From an uncultured Klebsiella sp. (GTDB lineage Bacteria; Verrucomicrobiota; Verrucomicrobiia; Limisphaerales; SXTU01), in NCBI GenBank assembly GCA_964478755.1, contig CAYZJP010000002.1:9984-73983 (forward strand): a stretch of 64,000 nucleotides of DNA, written 5' to 3'. Both the position numbers and the translations under genes were made by a program. How positions within the stretch are numbered: position 1 is the first letter of the stretch; every line of letters starts with the position of its first letter. The notes under the pieces were generated by a model. The model made no database searches. It was given only the letters and a program-made list of their open reading frames with translations, and was not told where the DNA came from. This document shows positions 41,198 through 52,300 of the stretch, piece after piece.

Positions 41198-41599
41198 TCA
41201 CTTCGCTAGCTCGACAACGATGCGCGTGTCTGGGTCAATGGCGAACTTTTTGCCCGCGGGAGGTTGCGGGATGGACTGGATAAAACCGGCGGTCACAAGC
41301 TCGTTCCAGTCGCGGGGAAAGCGGCGGAACTTGTCATGGAAACGGGCGACCGCACCAGTGAGCGGGGAATTGATCTTGGACTGCTCGCCTGCGCCAGGAA
41401 ACGACATTGGAATAGTCGTCGCTGCCTGAGGCGCGGTTTGCCCCGGCACTACGACCGTAGGCGGAGTGCCGGCCGTTGCCGGTTCTGTGGCTGGCTTCTG
41501 GGGTGGGGCGGTCTCGGGCTTGGGTTCGTCTTTTTTCCGGCAGCCGATGAACGCAAGGCAGCCAGCCGCGAAAAGGAGGAAAGCTATACGCAGAATCAT
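41198..41599 (-). CDS. Putative lipoprotein (Pro/Thr-rich linker, small C-terminal domain)
   Basis: Lipobox FIGC followed by RKK; PAT-rich linker; FPRDWNELV...PPAGKKFAID. Confidence 0.7.
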   Translation of the reverse strand: MILRIAFLLFAAGCLAFIGCRKKDEPKPETAPPQKPATEPATAGTPPTVVVPGQTAPQAATTIPMSFPGAGEQSKINSPLTGAVARFHDKFRRFPRDWNELVTAGFIQSIPQPPAGKKFAIDPDTRIVVELAK

Positions 41600-41606
41600 T
41601 GTGGGA

Positions 41607-42446
41607 TTAATCACCGAGGGCTGAGTTGAAAACGGTGGCATTACTCGGGTCATTCGCCCAAGTCGCTATGGTTCCAGCCGCCGTCAGCAGCCCAAAATCT
41701 GCTGAGGTCATTTTGTCGCCCTTCCGATACTCAGCATGGCCGTCCACCATGAGGAGGTTGCCGCCCTTTTCGTGGATGACGGTGTAATTCTCGGGCAACC
41801 CCAACCAGTTGACCGTGTAGGGCGGCGCAGGCTGGAAGAGGTAATGCCAGTAGCGATACTGGTTGGCCGCCTGCCGGAAAGGGCGGAGGTAAGCGATGTC
41901 TCGGCGGTTGTAGAGTTCCTGCATATAGACCATTGCGGCTGGATTAGGTATGCGCGAGATGCGCCGATCCACAGGCCGATTCGGAGTCACCGTGGTGTCG
42001 ACGTAGCCCATGACGACGGCATTCCCCAAGTAGCTTGTAACGTTCGGGGAGGTGGTTTCCAGCGTTACGCCTGTCTGTGGATCCGTGGCTGGCGTGGACG
42101 GGCAGGTGAACATCTTGGCGATCGAAGGCCCGGTCGGTGAGCCACCGAGATACGGAACCAAGGAGCCGAGATAATTGGGAGTGCCAGAGGTGACGAAGTT
42201 CAGGACGGCGTCGTTCCCGACGGGCGTCTTGTCATCGCTGTTGTCTGCGTAGAGCGTGAGGGCGAGCCCGCACTGCTTGATGCTGTTGAGACACTGCGTC
42301 TGCTTGGCCTTGTTCTTCGCCTTCGCGAGCGCGGGCAGGAGCATTCCGGCCAGGATCGCAATGATGGCGATGACGACGAGCAGTTCGATGAGCGTGAAGG
42401 CTGCCCGGCCTGCGCGGAGGGGCGTGGCGGTTGCGGTCGGTTTCAT
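41607..42446 (-). CDS. Prepilin-type N-terminal cleavage/methylation protein with H-X9-DG motif (intact)
   Basis: [50 protein letters not shown]. Confidence 0.9.
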   Translation of the reverse strand: MKPTATATPLRAGRAAFTLIELLVVIAIIAILAGMLLPALAKAKNKAKQTQCLNSIKQCGLALTLYADNSDDKTPVGNDAVLNFVTSGTPNYLGSLVPYLGGSPTGPSIAKMFTCPSTPATDPQTGVTLETTSPNVTSYLGNAVVMGYVDTTVTPNRPVDRRISRIPNPAAMVYMQELYNRRDIAYLRPFRQAANQYRYWHYLFQPAPPYTVNWLGLPENYTVIHEKGGNLLMVDGHAEYRKGDKMTSADFGLLTAAGTIATWANDPSNATVFNSALGD

Positions 42447-42511
42447 TGCGTTCGCCTGAATGCGTCGAAGTCTAGCCGCAGTTTCTTCAGACGCAACGTC
42501 GAATCGCGCGT

Positions 42512-43849
42512 TTACGCTGGCGGTGACTTGAGCAGGGGGAGTTCGAGGCCTTCGCGGGCGGCTTCGACGACCATGTTGCGGTGCTGGCCGGCGACGAGTT
42601 CACGCGCGTGGCCGACCATGTGGGAGATGCGGGCGTCGTCGTGGAGCGGGTCGTGGTGGAAGAGGAAGAGTTGCCGCGCCCCCGCCGCCAGCGCGGTGGC
42701 GACGCTGTCCTCGTAGCAACTGTGGCCCCAGCCGATGTGGGTCTGGTATTCCGCCTCGTCGTATTGGGCGTCGAGGATGAGCACGTCCACGCCGCGCAGG
42801 AACTCGACGAGTTTCTGGTCCTCGGAGCGGCAGTAGTCCTGCGTGGCCTGACCCTGCTCGCCGCCGGCCCGGGGATGCAGGCGCATCCGGGCGTAGGATT
42901 CGTGGTCGGGGAGAAAGGCGATGGAGCCGGTGCTGGTGTCGAGCCGGTAGCCGACGCAGATGCTGGGATGGTTCGCGAAGATGGAACGGACGCGGACGGG
43001 GCCGATGTGGAATTCCATTTCGCGCTGCTCGAAGAAGCTGATGTTGCTGGGGAGCTGGCGCAGGCCGATGGGGAAGTAGCTGCTTTCCATCTGGACGGCG
43101 AGGGTGCTTTCGAGGCCCTTGCGGTAGCCTTCGTAGCCCATGATGCGGACTTGGTTGTTGGCAATGTAGGCGGGGGCGAAGAAGGGAAAGCCTTGGATGT
43201 GATCCCAGTGGGTGTGGGTGAGGAGCAGGGTGAGTTCAAGCGCCCGCCCCTTGAATTCCCCGACCAGGTGTTGCCCCAGCAGCCGGACGCCGGAGCCGGA
43301 GTCGAGGATGATGAGTTGCCCGTCGGCGCGGACTTCGAGGCAGGTGGTGTTGCCGCCGTAGAAGACGGTGCTCGGGCCGGGCGTGGGAATGGAGCCGCGC
43401 ACGCCCCAGAAACGAAGGAGGTTGCCGGCGGGCAGTTGCGCCAAGGGAACGCGGGTATCGGTGCTCGTGGCGGCGGGTGGGGCGACGGTGGCGGGACTTT
43501 CCAAAAGGCGCAGGATGTCCTCGGCCAGAATCGGCTTCACGAGGTAGTGGTCGGCCCCGGACTCGAAGGCGTTCAGGCGGTCGGTGGCGAAACCCCGGTG
43601 GGTGGTGACGATGATCTTGAGGCCGGGCAGTTCGGTCGCCTTCTCGCGGAGCGCGCGGCAGACTTGAAAGCCGTTGCACCGGGGCATGAGCAGATCGCAG
43701 ATGACGGCGGCGGGTCGGTGCTGGAGGGCGGCTTGGATGCCCTCCTCGCCGTCCTTGGCCTCGTGGACAGCCCAGCCGGCGGCGGAAAGCGCTTTGGAAA
43801 GCACTTTGCGCACGATGGGGTCGTCGTCAATCAGCAGGGCGGATTTCAT
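42512..43849 (-). CDS. Response-regulator receiver domain fused to an MBL-fold metallo-hydrolase (phosphodiesterase-like)
   Basis: LIDDD...ICDLLMP...KP receiver; [42 protein letters not shown]. Confidence 0.9.
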   Translation of the reverse strand: MKSALLIDDDPIVRKVLSKALSAAGWAVHEAKDGEEGIQAALQHRPAAVICDLLMPRCNGFQVCRALREKATELPGLKIIVTTHRGFATDRLNAFESGADHYLVKPILAEDILRLLESPATVAPPAATSTDTRVPLAQLPAGNLLRFWGVRGSIPTPGPSTVFYGGNTTCLEVRADGQLIILDSGSGVRLLGQHLVGEFKGRALELTLLLTHTHWDHIQGFPFFAPAYIANNQVRIMGYEGYRKGLESTLAVQMESSYFPIGLRQLPSNISFFEQREMEFHIGPVRVRSIFANHPSICVGYRLDTSTGSIAFLPDHESYARMRLHPRAGGEQGQATQDYCRSEDQKLVEFLRGVDVLILDAQYDEAEYQTHIGWGHSCYEDSVATALAAGARQLFLFHHDPLHDDARISHMVGHARELVAGQHRNMVVEAAREGLELPLLKSPPA

Positions 43850-43965
43850 CGTGGCGAGGGACAGTTTTCACGCGGCGGGCAAAAAGACAAGCTTCGAGGG
43901 GCCACGGCGAAAAAAAGTTGTTAGAAACGCCGGGAGCCGGCAAAACAAAGGGTGAGACGGGCAGT

Positions 43966-43990
43966 GAACAAGGCTTCCGAAGCCACCGTC
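43966..43990 (+). promoter_or_regulatory. Possible ECF-sigma promoter (GAAC-N17-CGTC) upstream of DUF1501
   Basis: Short motif match only; 38 nt before the ATG. Confidence 0.3.
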
Positions 43991-44028
43991 TGCTCTAGCG
44001 AACGAAGCAAACTTAACACGACACGCAT

Positions 44029-45471
44029 ATGTTCTGGAATTGTGGCAATCACCCTGGGGCAGAGTTAAACCCGAACCTTTATTTCACTCGGCGCGACTTC
44101 CTGAATCGCGTGGGCACCGGCTTTGGCGCGCTCGCGCTGGCCTCACTGTTCGCGGATCAAGCCCAGGGCCAGTCCGCCGCTGGCGGCCTGCTCGCGCCCA
44201 AGCAGCCGCACTTTCCCGGCACCGCCAAGCGCGTCTGCCACATTTACCAGAGCGGCGCCCAGTCGCACATCGACACATGGGATCCGAAGCCCGAGCTCAA
44301 CAAGAACGAGGGCAAAACCGCTGGCGACGGCAAGGGCATGGGGCGTGGTCGTTTGCTGCCCACGCAATTTGAGTTCACCAAGTCCGGCCAGAGCGGTCTG
44401 GAAATGTCCTCCATCTGGCCGGAGCTGGCCAGCAAGTGCGCTGACGACTTGTGCGTGATCCGTTCCATGTGGACGGACGTGCCGGCGCACGGGGAAGCCA
44501 CGCGGATCATGACCACGGGCGACTTCCGGCTGCCCAAGCCCTCCATCGGCGCGTGGGTCACTTACGGTCTCGGCTCGGACAACCAAAACCTGCCGGCCTT
44601 CGTTGCGATGAACCCCGGCGGCTTCCCCGGCGAGGGCAACGCCAACTGGCAGTCGGCTTTCATGCCCGGCGCGTATCAGGGCACTTTCGTGGACCCGACA
44701 AACACGCGCATCGAGCAGATCATCGAGAACATCAAGGGCCAGTTCATCGGCTCCAGCGCCGAGCAGCGCCAGCAGCTCGACCTGCTCAGCAAGATCAACG
44801 AGATTCACAAACAGAAGCGTCAAGCGGACGGTCAACTCGACGCGCGCATCCAATCCTTCGAGCTGGCTTACCGGATGCAGACCGACGCCACCGAGGCGTT
44901 CGACATGAGCAAGGAGCCGGACCACATCCTCAAGCTCTACGGTGCCGACTCCATGGATCGCGCGCAGGCCACGCAGGCCCGCCAGTTCATCATCGCCCGT
45001 CGCCTTTTGGAACGCGGTGTCAAGTTCGTCCAGTGCTGGAACGGCGGCTGGGATATGCACGCTGGCATTCTCGCCGCCGGCAAAGCCCGCGCCGGCGCGA
45101 TTGACAAGCCGATCGCCGGCTTCCTGCAAGACCTCAAGCAACGCGGCTTGCTCAAGGACACGCTTGTGGCCTCCAGCACCGAGTTCGGTCGCAGCTCCAC
45201 GGAAGACAACGCCGGCGGACGCACGCACAACGCCAAGGCCTTCAGCTCATGGCTGGCTGGTGGCGGTGTCAAGGGTGGCCAAGTCTATGGTGCCACTGAC
45301 GAGCTCGGCGGCTCGGCGGTCGAGAACAAGGTTCATGTGCATGAGTTCCATTCGACCATCCTGCACGCGCTGGGTTTCGACTCCGAGAAGCTCACGTTCC
45401 GCTCCGGTGGCCGTGACTTCCGCCTGACCGACGTGTCGGGCGCGCAGCCGGTGAAGTCCATCTTCGCCTGA
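44029..45471 (+). CDS. DUF1501 family protein
   Basis: TRRDFL, HFPGTAKRV, SHIDTWDPK, LLERGVKFVQ, GGWDMH, TEFGRS, LTFRSGGRDFRLTDV. Confidence 0.92.
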   Translation: MFWNCGNHPGAELNPNLYFTRRDFLNRVGTGFGALALASLFADQAQGQSAAGGLLAPKQPHFPGTAKRVCHIYQSGAQSHIDTWDPKPELNKNEGKTAGDGKGMGRGRLLPTQFEFTKSGQSGLEMSSIWPELASKCADDLCVIRSMWTDVPAHGEATRIMTTGDFRLPKPSIGAWVTYGLGSDNQNLPAFVAMNPGGFPGEGNANWQSAFMPGAYQGTFVDPTNTRIEQIIENIKGQFIGSSAEQRQQLDLLSKINEIHKQKRQADGQLDARIQSFELAYRMQTDATEAFDMSKEPDHILKLYGADSMDRAQATQARQFIIARRLLERGVKFVQCWNGGWDMHAGILAAGKARAGAIDKPIAGFLQDLKQRGLLKDTLVASSTEFGRSSTEDNAGGRTHNAKAFSSWLAGGGVKGGQVYGATDELGGSAVENKVHVHEFHSTILHALGFDSEKLTFRSGGRDFRLTDVSGAQPVKSIFA

Positions 45472-45490
45472 GTTTTTTCGGTGAAACCAA

Positions 45491-45530
45491 GCCGGGCGCG
45501 TGTTTCACCACGCGCCCGGCCTTCAGTTTG
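45491..45530 (+). terminator. Putative intrinsic terminator hairpin
   Basis: 12-bp stem GCCGGGCGCGTG/CACGCGCCCGGC right after the stop; weak T tail. Confidence 0.5.
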
Positions 45531-45572
45531 CAGACGGGTGATTTTTGAATTGGTCCGCGAGCACAGTCAGAC

Positions 45573-48500
45573 ATGCCTATGAAATCCATGCTGAAATTTG
45601 CGGTGGTCGTGACCGCCGCTTCGTTCACCGCGCCGGTCTTCGCGCAGGACAAGCCGCTCACGCCGGAGGAGAGTGAGTTCTTCGAGGCCAAAATTCGTCC
45701 CGCGCTGATTGAGCACTGCCACAAGTGCCACAGCGGCGACAAGGACGCCAAAGTAAAGGGCAGTTTCCAGCTCGACTCCAAGGCTGGCCTGCTGAAGGGC
45801 GGCTCCACCGGGCCGGGTCTCGTCCCCGGTCAGCCCGACCGTTCGCTCATCATCAAGGCGATGCGCTACGCGGACCCGAATCTCCAGATGCCGCCCAAGG
45901 AAAAAGTCCCCGAGTCCGTGCTGGCCGACTTTGAGAACTGGGTTCGCATGGGTGCGCCCGACCCGCGCAGCGGCAAGGCGGCAGGGATGCTAAAAAATGA
46001 GGAAGACCTCGCCAAGGCCCGGAAACACTGGGCCTTTCAACCCGTCGTCAAGCCGGAGCCCCCCAAGCCCAAGGCGCATTTGAAGGGGTGGATTCAAAAT
46101 GAGGTTGACCTCTTCGTCCTCGCCAAGCTGGAGGAGAAAGGGATGTTCCCTTCGCCAATGGCGGACAAATGGACACTCGTTCGCCGCGCCTATTTTGACC
46201 TGCTCGGCATGCCGCCCTCCGCGAAAGAGGCCGAGGAGTTCGTCAACGACGAGTCGAAGGACGCGTGGCCCAAGCTGATTGACAAACTGCTCGCCTCCCC
46301 GCACTACGGCGAGCGTTGGGGCCGCTACTGGCTCGACATCGCGCGTTACGCTGACACGCGCGGCGGCGGGAACGCCAACCGGATGGGCGACAACCGTCTC
46401 CTCCATGCCTACACCTACCGTGACTGGGTGGTGAACGCGATCAACGAGGACATGCCCTATGACAAGTTCCTCAAGTATCAGATCGCGGCGGACTGCCTGC
46501 CCGGCACCGAAGCCAAGAACCTTGCCGCGCTGGGATTCATCACGCTCAACCGCGCCGTGAACAACCAGCAGGAGCGGATTGACGACCGCATTGACGTGGT
46601 GACCCGCGGCACGATGTCGCTCTCGGTTTATTGCGCCCGCTGCCACGACCACAAGTTTGATCCCATCCCGACGAAGGATTACTACTCGCTCTACGGTGTC
46701 TTCGACAGCAGCGTGGACGCCGTCGCCAAGCCATTGATCCAAAAGGTGGAGGACACGCCGCAGTATCGTGATTACCTCGCCAAGAAGGCCCAGATTGAGG
46801 CGGATCAGGAAGGCTTCCGCCGCTCTCAAGTCGGAACATTTGTAGGCGAGGCGAAGGGCAAGACGATGGAGTATATGCTCGCCATTCACTATGCGAATCT
46901 GGGCAACACGAACTATATGTTGCAGGGGCGTGCCGACCAGACGCGCTTCGATCAGATGACAAAATTGCATTTCGAGGTGGCTAACGACTGGAAACGCTAT
47001 CTCAACCAGCATAACAAGGCCAATGATCCCGTCTTCGGTCCATGGCATGACTATTCCAAGCTCGTGGAGGAGGACAAAGTCTCCGACAAGGACTTTGCCG
47101 CCAAGAGCAGGGAGCTTGCCGCCAAATATATGAGCAAGGACGGCGAGCCAATGAAGGGTCTTAACCCCGTCATCGCCAAGGCGTTTTCCACGCCAGTCCC
47201 CAGCATCCGCGTCGTGGCCGAGCGCTACTCCAAGATCTTCCTCGACGCCGAGAAGGCCTGGGTCACTGCCATCACACTGGACGCGAAGAAAAAGAAGGAC
47301 GATGGCGATCCGATGTTGAAGAAACTTTCAGACCCCTCGCAGGAGCAGCTCCGGCAGGTGTTCTATGGCCAAGGCTCACCTGTCAATATCACCTATGATC
47401 GCCTGGCCGGCTTCAAAAACGGGGCCATCCGCAATCAGGAACAGCAGCAGTTCGGCGACCGTATGGACAAGCTCGAAGCCACGCATCCCGGTGCGCCCAC
47501 CCGTGCGATGGCCGTTGGCGATGGCAATCCGCACAACGCAAAAGTGCTCATCAAGGGAATGCCGAACAATCCCGGTCCTGATCTCATTCCCCGTCAGTTC
47601 CTCGAAATCTTGAACCCGAACCGCAAGCCGTTCACCAAAGGCAGTGGACGCGGCGAGCTCGCCGAGGAGATCGCCAGCAAGAGCAATCCGCTCACCGCCC
47701 GCGTGCTCATCAATCGCGTTTGGATGAACCATTTCGGCGGCGCGCTGGTCCGCACCCCGACCGACTTTGGTGTTCGTGCGGATGACCCCACGCATCCCGA
47801 GCTGCTCAATTATCTCTCGGCCTGGGTGATGGAGAACAACTGGTCTGTCAAGGCGCTCCACAAATATATCATGACCTCGGCAGCTTATATGCAGAGCAGC
47901 GACGACCGCGCCAAGCCGTTGATCAACGACCCCGCGAACCTATACGTCTGGAAGATGAACCGCCGCCGCCTCGACTTCGAGGGCTTCCGCGATTCGCTTC
48001 TGGCTGTCAGCGGCAAGCTTGATCCCACGATGGGCGGGCGTCCGGTGAAGATCACCCCCGACGGCGCGAACCCGCTTGGCTACTCTGAGAACCCCTACCG
48101 CCGCACCCTTTATGGCTACATTGATCGCGGCAATCTCTCCTCGCTCTATCGCACGTTCGACTTCGCCAACCCGGACGCGACCGCTGGCATGCGCTTCAGT
48201 TCGACCGTGCCGCAGCAGGCGCTCTACTTGATGAACAGCCCGTTTATCGCCGAGCTGGCGCGTGCCATCGTCCACCGCGACGACGTGAAGAACAAAGTGG
48301 ACGAGGAGCAACGCATCGAGATGCTTTACCAGATCTGTTTCCAGCGTATGCCGGTCCCGTTGGAGACCAAGATCGGCATGAGATTTCTGGAGGAGCAGTC
48401 CGGCGTGAAGGGCAGCGACGCCAAGCCCCTCTGGCAATACGGCTACGGCCAATACGACGCGCGTAACCGCCGAGTGTCCTTCTTCAAAATGCCAAACTAC

Positions 48501-49172
48501 GCCTCCGGCACGGGCGGGGGAATGCGCATGAACATGAACATGGCCGCCCTCGGCCAATATGACGGCGGCACCAACAGCCGTCTGGCCGGCATTCAACTTA
48601 CTGCCGGTGGCGGCACCGCCGGCATCGTCGCAGTCATTCGTCGCTTTACCGCGCCTGTGGACGCCACGCTCACGATTGATGGCAAGCTCGAACAGAAAGG
48701 CAGCTTGGGCGACGGCGTCGGTGGCTACATCGTGCACAGCCGCTCCGGCCAGCTCGGAGCCTACGCCTTGGCGGGTCGGAACCGCAGCGCGGACACGAAG
48801 GTCGCCAAGGTGGATGTGAAGAAGGGCGACACGATTGACTTCATCGTGGACAACGGCGGCAAGGGCAACACGATCGGGGACACCTTCACTTGGGCGCCGA
48901 CCCTGCGTGTTGGCGCGGCTGCGGCCACGATGACTGCTTCCGCCGCTCCTGCCATGACGCCCTTCGGTGGCGCGGTGGCTCCCGCCGCCGCTCCGGCGAT
49001 GAACGCGGGCGCAGGGGGCATGGCCATGGGCGGCCAGATGGGCGGCACCACCAGTTGGAGCGCCGCCACCGGCTTTGGCGGGCCAAACGCCGGCCAGCAA
49101 AAGCCTCTCGACACCTGGGAGAAATACGCGCAGATGCTGCTCCTCGCCAACGAGATGACGTTCGTTGACTGA
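45573..49172 (+). CDS. Planctomycete cytochrome c + DUF1549 + DUF1553 protein with extra domains and Met/Gly/Ala-rich linkers
   Basis: CHKCH, HYGERWGRYWLDIARYADT, CARCHDHKFDPI, RVLINRVWMNHFG, PTHPELL, QQALYLMN. Confidence 0.9.
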   Translation: MPMKSMLKFAVVVTAASFTAPVFAQDKPLTPEESEFFEAKIRPALIEHCHKCHSGDKDAKVKGSFQLDSKAGLLKGGSTGPGLVPGQPDRSLIIKAMRYADPNLQMPPKEKVPESVLADFENWVRMGAPDPRSGKAAGMLKNEEDLAKARKHWAFQPVVKPEPPKPKAHLKGWIQNEVDLFVLAKLEEKGMFPSPMADKWTLVRRAYFDLLGMPPSAKEAEEFVNDESKDAWPKLIDKLLASPHYGERWGRYWLDIARYADTRGGGNANRMGDNRLLHAYTYRDWVVNAINEDMPYDKFLKYQIAADCLPGTEAKNLAALGFITLNRAVNNQQERIDDRIDVVTRGTMSLSVYCARCHDHKFDPIPTKDYYSLYGVFDSSVDAVAKPLIQKVEDTPQYRDYLAKKAQIEADQEGFRRSQVGTFVGEAKGKTMEYMLAIHYANLGNTNYMLQGRADQTRFDQMTKLHFEVANDWKRYLNQHNKANDPVFGPWHDYSKLVEEDKVSDKDFAAKSRELAAKYMSKDGEPMKGLNPVIAKAFSTPVPSIRVVAERYSKIFLDAEKAWVTAITLDAKKKKDDGDPMLKKLSDPSQEQLRQVFYGQGSPVNITYDRLAGFKNGAIRNQEQQQFGDRMDKLEATHPGAPTRAMAVGDGNPHNAKVLIKGMPNNPGPDLIPRQFLEILNPNRKPFTKGSGRGELAEEIASKSNPLTARVLINRVWMNHFGGALVRTPTDFGVRADDPTHPELLNYLSAWVMENNWSVKALHKYIMTSAAYMQSSDDRAKPLINDPANLYVWKMNRRRLDFEGFRDSLLAVSGKLDPTMGGRPVKITPDGANPLGYSENPYRRTLYGYIDRGNLSSLYRTFDFANPDATAGMRFSSTVPQQALYLMNSPFIAELARAIVHRDDVKNKVDEEQRIEMLYQICFQRMPVPLETKIGMRFLEEQSGVKGSDAKPLWQYGYGQYDARNRRVSFFKMPNYASGTGGGMRMNMNMAALGQYDGGTNSRLAGIQLTAGGGTAGIVAVIRRFTAPVDATLTIDGKLEQKGSLGDGVGGYIVHSRSGQLGAYALAGRNRSADTKVAKVDVKKGDTIDFIVDNGGKGNTIGDTFTWAPTLRVGAAAATMTASAAPAMTPFGGAVAPAAAPAMNAGAGGMAMGGQMGGTTSWSAATGFGGPNAGQQKPLDTWEKYAQMLLLANEMTFVD

Positions 49173-49204
49173 GGCACGCAGCATCAAGATCTTGAATTCG
49201 CCGG

Positions 49205-49235
49205 AGGCCGCCGTCATCGGCGGCCTTTGTGCTTT
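49205..49235 (+). terminator. Intrinsic terminator
   Basis: AGGCCGCCG-TCAT-CGGCGGCCT followed by TTGTGCTTT. Confidence 0.6.
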
Positions 49236-49304
49236 CCGAAGCGCACTCCGCGCTTGGAAATCTCGTGCAACTCCGCTCCCCTTTGCTACGTCCAACAAAC
49301 CACC

Positions 49305-52300
49305 ATGCCCGTCTCGAAGTCTTTGATTCAGCAGAGCGCCGGCCTCCTGGCCCGCGTCGGCGCGCTCTTACTGATCGCTGTGGTGAGCGCCGCCGCCGCC
49401 GACCGCGCGCGTTCCGTGGACTTCGAGCGCGAAATTCTTCCCATCTTCCAACGTGTCTGCTTCGAGTGCCACGATGCAAAGCAGAAGAAGGGCAAACTTC
49501 GTCTCGACTCCCGCGTCGCCGCCCTCCAGAAGCCCGGCATCATCGTTCCCGGCAATTCCGCGCGGAGCGAGCTTGTCCGCCGCATCACATTGCCTAAGGG
49601 CCATGACGATGTTATGCCCAATCGTGGCGAGCCGCTCTCCCAATCACAGGCCGACCTCATCAAGACCTGGATGGACCAGGGCGCGGTCTGGCCGGAGAGC
49701 CTGCAAGCCACGAAGCACTGGGCCTACGTGAAACCTGTTCGTCCCGCCGTCCCTTCAATCGCCAATCGCCAATCCTCCGCCGGCAATCCCATTGACGCCT
49801 TCGTCCTCGCCCGCCTCCAGCAGGAAGGTCTCAAGCCTTCTCCCGAAGCCCCGTCTGAAATCCTTGCCCGACGCCTCTGCCTCGATCTCATCGGATTGCC
49901 GCCCTCCCCTGCGCAAACAGAAGCCTTCGCACAGCGCGCCGCCCACAACCCTCAACAGGCTGTCGAGAAACTTGTGGACGAGCTCCTCGCCTCGCCGCAG
50001 TTCGGCGTCCGCTGGGCACGCCCGTGGCTCGACTACGCGCGCTACGCGGACTCGCACGGGTTTCAACGCGACGACTTTCGCGACCTTTGGCCGTATCGCG
50101 ACTGGGTGGTGAACGCGCTGAATGCCGATATGCCATTCACGCAGTTCACCACCGAGCAGCTCGCGGGCGATTTGCTGCCGAACGCCACCGAGTCGCAGAA
50201 GATTGCCACCGGCTTCAACCGCAGCGCGCCCACAAACGTCGAGGCCGGCACCGACCCGGAGGAGACGCGCGTGAACCAGATTCACGACCGCGTGAACACG
50301 CTCGGCATGACCTGGCTCGGCGTCACGCTGGAGTGCTGCCAGTGTCATGACCACAAATATGATCCGTTCACCCAGCGCGACTACTACGGCCTCTTCGCCT
50401 TCTTCAACAACACCGCGCTCGAAGCCGACCGCACGAACCCCAAGGTGCCCGGCTCGATCCAGTTCAAAGGCCCGACGATAGATCTCGCTGACGCAGCGAC
50501 GCAGGCCGAGCGCGTGAAGCTGAACACGCAAATCGCCGAAGTGAATGCGAAGCTTGCTGTGTTGGAAAAATCCGCCGCAGCGGGTCAACTCGAATGGGAA
50601 ATGACGCTTGGCAAAAAGGTCGCCGAAGCGCCGAAACAATATGCGCTCGACATCGCGAAGTTCGAGTCCACCGGCGGCGCGACGCATGAAATCCTCACCG
50701 ACAAATCCGTGCTCATCAGTGGCGAGCCTGCGCCTGACAAGGATACTTACATCGTCGAAGTGCGCACGAAGATCACGGGCATTCGTGGCTTCAAACTCGA
50801 AACGCTCACGGATGATTCACTGCCCGGCAAAGGCCCTGGTCGCGGTGACGAGAAGCGACCTAACTTTGTGCTGAACAACTTTACCGTCACCGCTGCGCCG
50901 GCTAACAAACCAGAGCAGGCGAAGCCCGTGAAATTTTCATCGGCACAGGCGTCGTTCTCGCAGGCGAATTATCCGGTGGCGAATTTGCTCAACACCGACA
51001 ACACCGCGAAGGGCGGCTGGGCCATCAATCCGAAGTTTCACGAACCGCATTGGGCTGTGCTGGAAACCGCCGAGCCGGTCGGCTTTGCCGAAGGCACTGT
51101 GTTGAAGTTCAAGCTGGAGCAAGGCTTCGGCGCGAGCCGGACGATTGGCCGGCTCCGCTTGTGCGCCATCACGGGAAACGTCGGTGGCAAGGCGCTGCCG
51201 GTGGAACTGACCGAGGCGCTTGCGGTTCCGGTCGCCAGGCGAACGGCGAAGCAGAAGAAATTCGTGATGGAATTTCAATTGAAGGAGAACCCCGAGTTCG
51301 CGCGGCTGGAGAAGGAGAGGAGCCGGCTGGGTTTGCAGTTGTTGAAAATCAAACCAAGCACCACGCTGGTCATGCAGGAGGACTCGCCGCGTATGAGCGC
51401 GGTTTTCCAACGCGGCGATTTCCGCACGCCCGGCGAGAAGGTCGAGCCGCACACACCGGCGGTGCTGCATTCTTTGGGGAGCGCACGCGTCACGCGTGCT
51501 GACTTCGGCGTTCCGCCGAAATCTTCGTCCATCAATTTGAGTCCTGAACGCGCGTCGGGCGAGACGTCCGAGGCGGCACGCGAGACGCGTGCGCTCCCCA
51601 ATCGCCTGGACCTCGCGCAGTGGCTCGTGAGCCGCGAGAACCCGCTCGTCGCACGGGTCGTGGTGAACCGTTGGTGGGCGGAATTGTTCGGTCACGGCCT
51701 CGTCACCACGCCGGAGGATTTCGGCATCAAGGGCGAGTTGCCGACCCACCCCGAGTTGCTCGACTGGCTTGCGTGCGAGTTCATGGACAACGGCTGGTCG
51801 ATGAAGAAGACGCTCAAGACCATCGTGATGAGCGCGACCTACCGGCAGTCGTCGCGCGTCACGCCGGAGTCGTTCGCGCGCGATGACCAGAATCTCCTCT
51901 ACGCGCGTGGCCCTCGGCATCGGCTCGAAGCGGAGATGATTCGCGACAACGCGCTCGCGATTTCCGGTCTGTTGAGCTTCAAGCAGGGCGGCGCGCCCAT
52001 CAAACCGTATCAGCCTGACGGCCTGTGGGTGAAAGTTGGCGGCCAGCGTTACGACTACGAAGTCAGCCCCGGCGAGGAAAAATACCGTCGCGGCCTCTAC
52101 GTCGTGTGGAAACGCGGCGCGCCGTATCCGAGCTTTGTGAACTTCGACGCCAACAGCCGTCTCGCCTGCCGCGTGAAGCGCCCGCGCTCGAACACGCCGC
52201 TGCAAGCCCTCACGCTGATGAACGACCCGGTCTATGTCGAAGCCGCAATGGCCTTCGCCAAGCGCGTGCTGACGGAGAAGCCCACGGCCAACACCGACGA

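Noticed and set aside
20928-51601. CRISPR array
   Set aside because: The repeats are dispersed palindromes of 72-210 bp, not regularly spaced direct repeats, and no cas genes are present.
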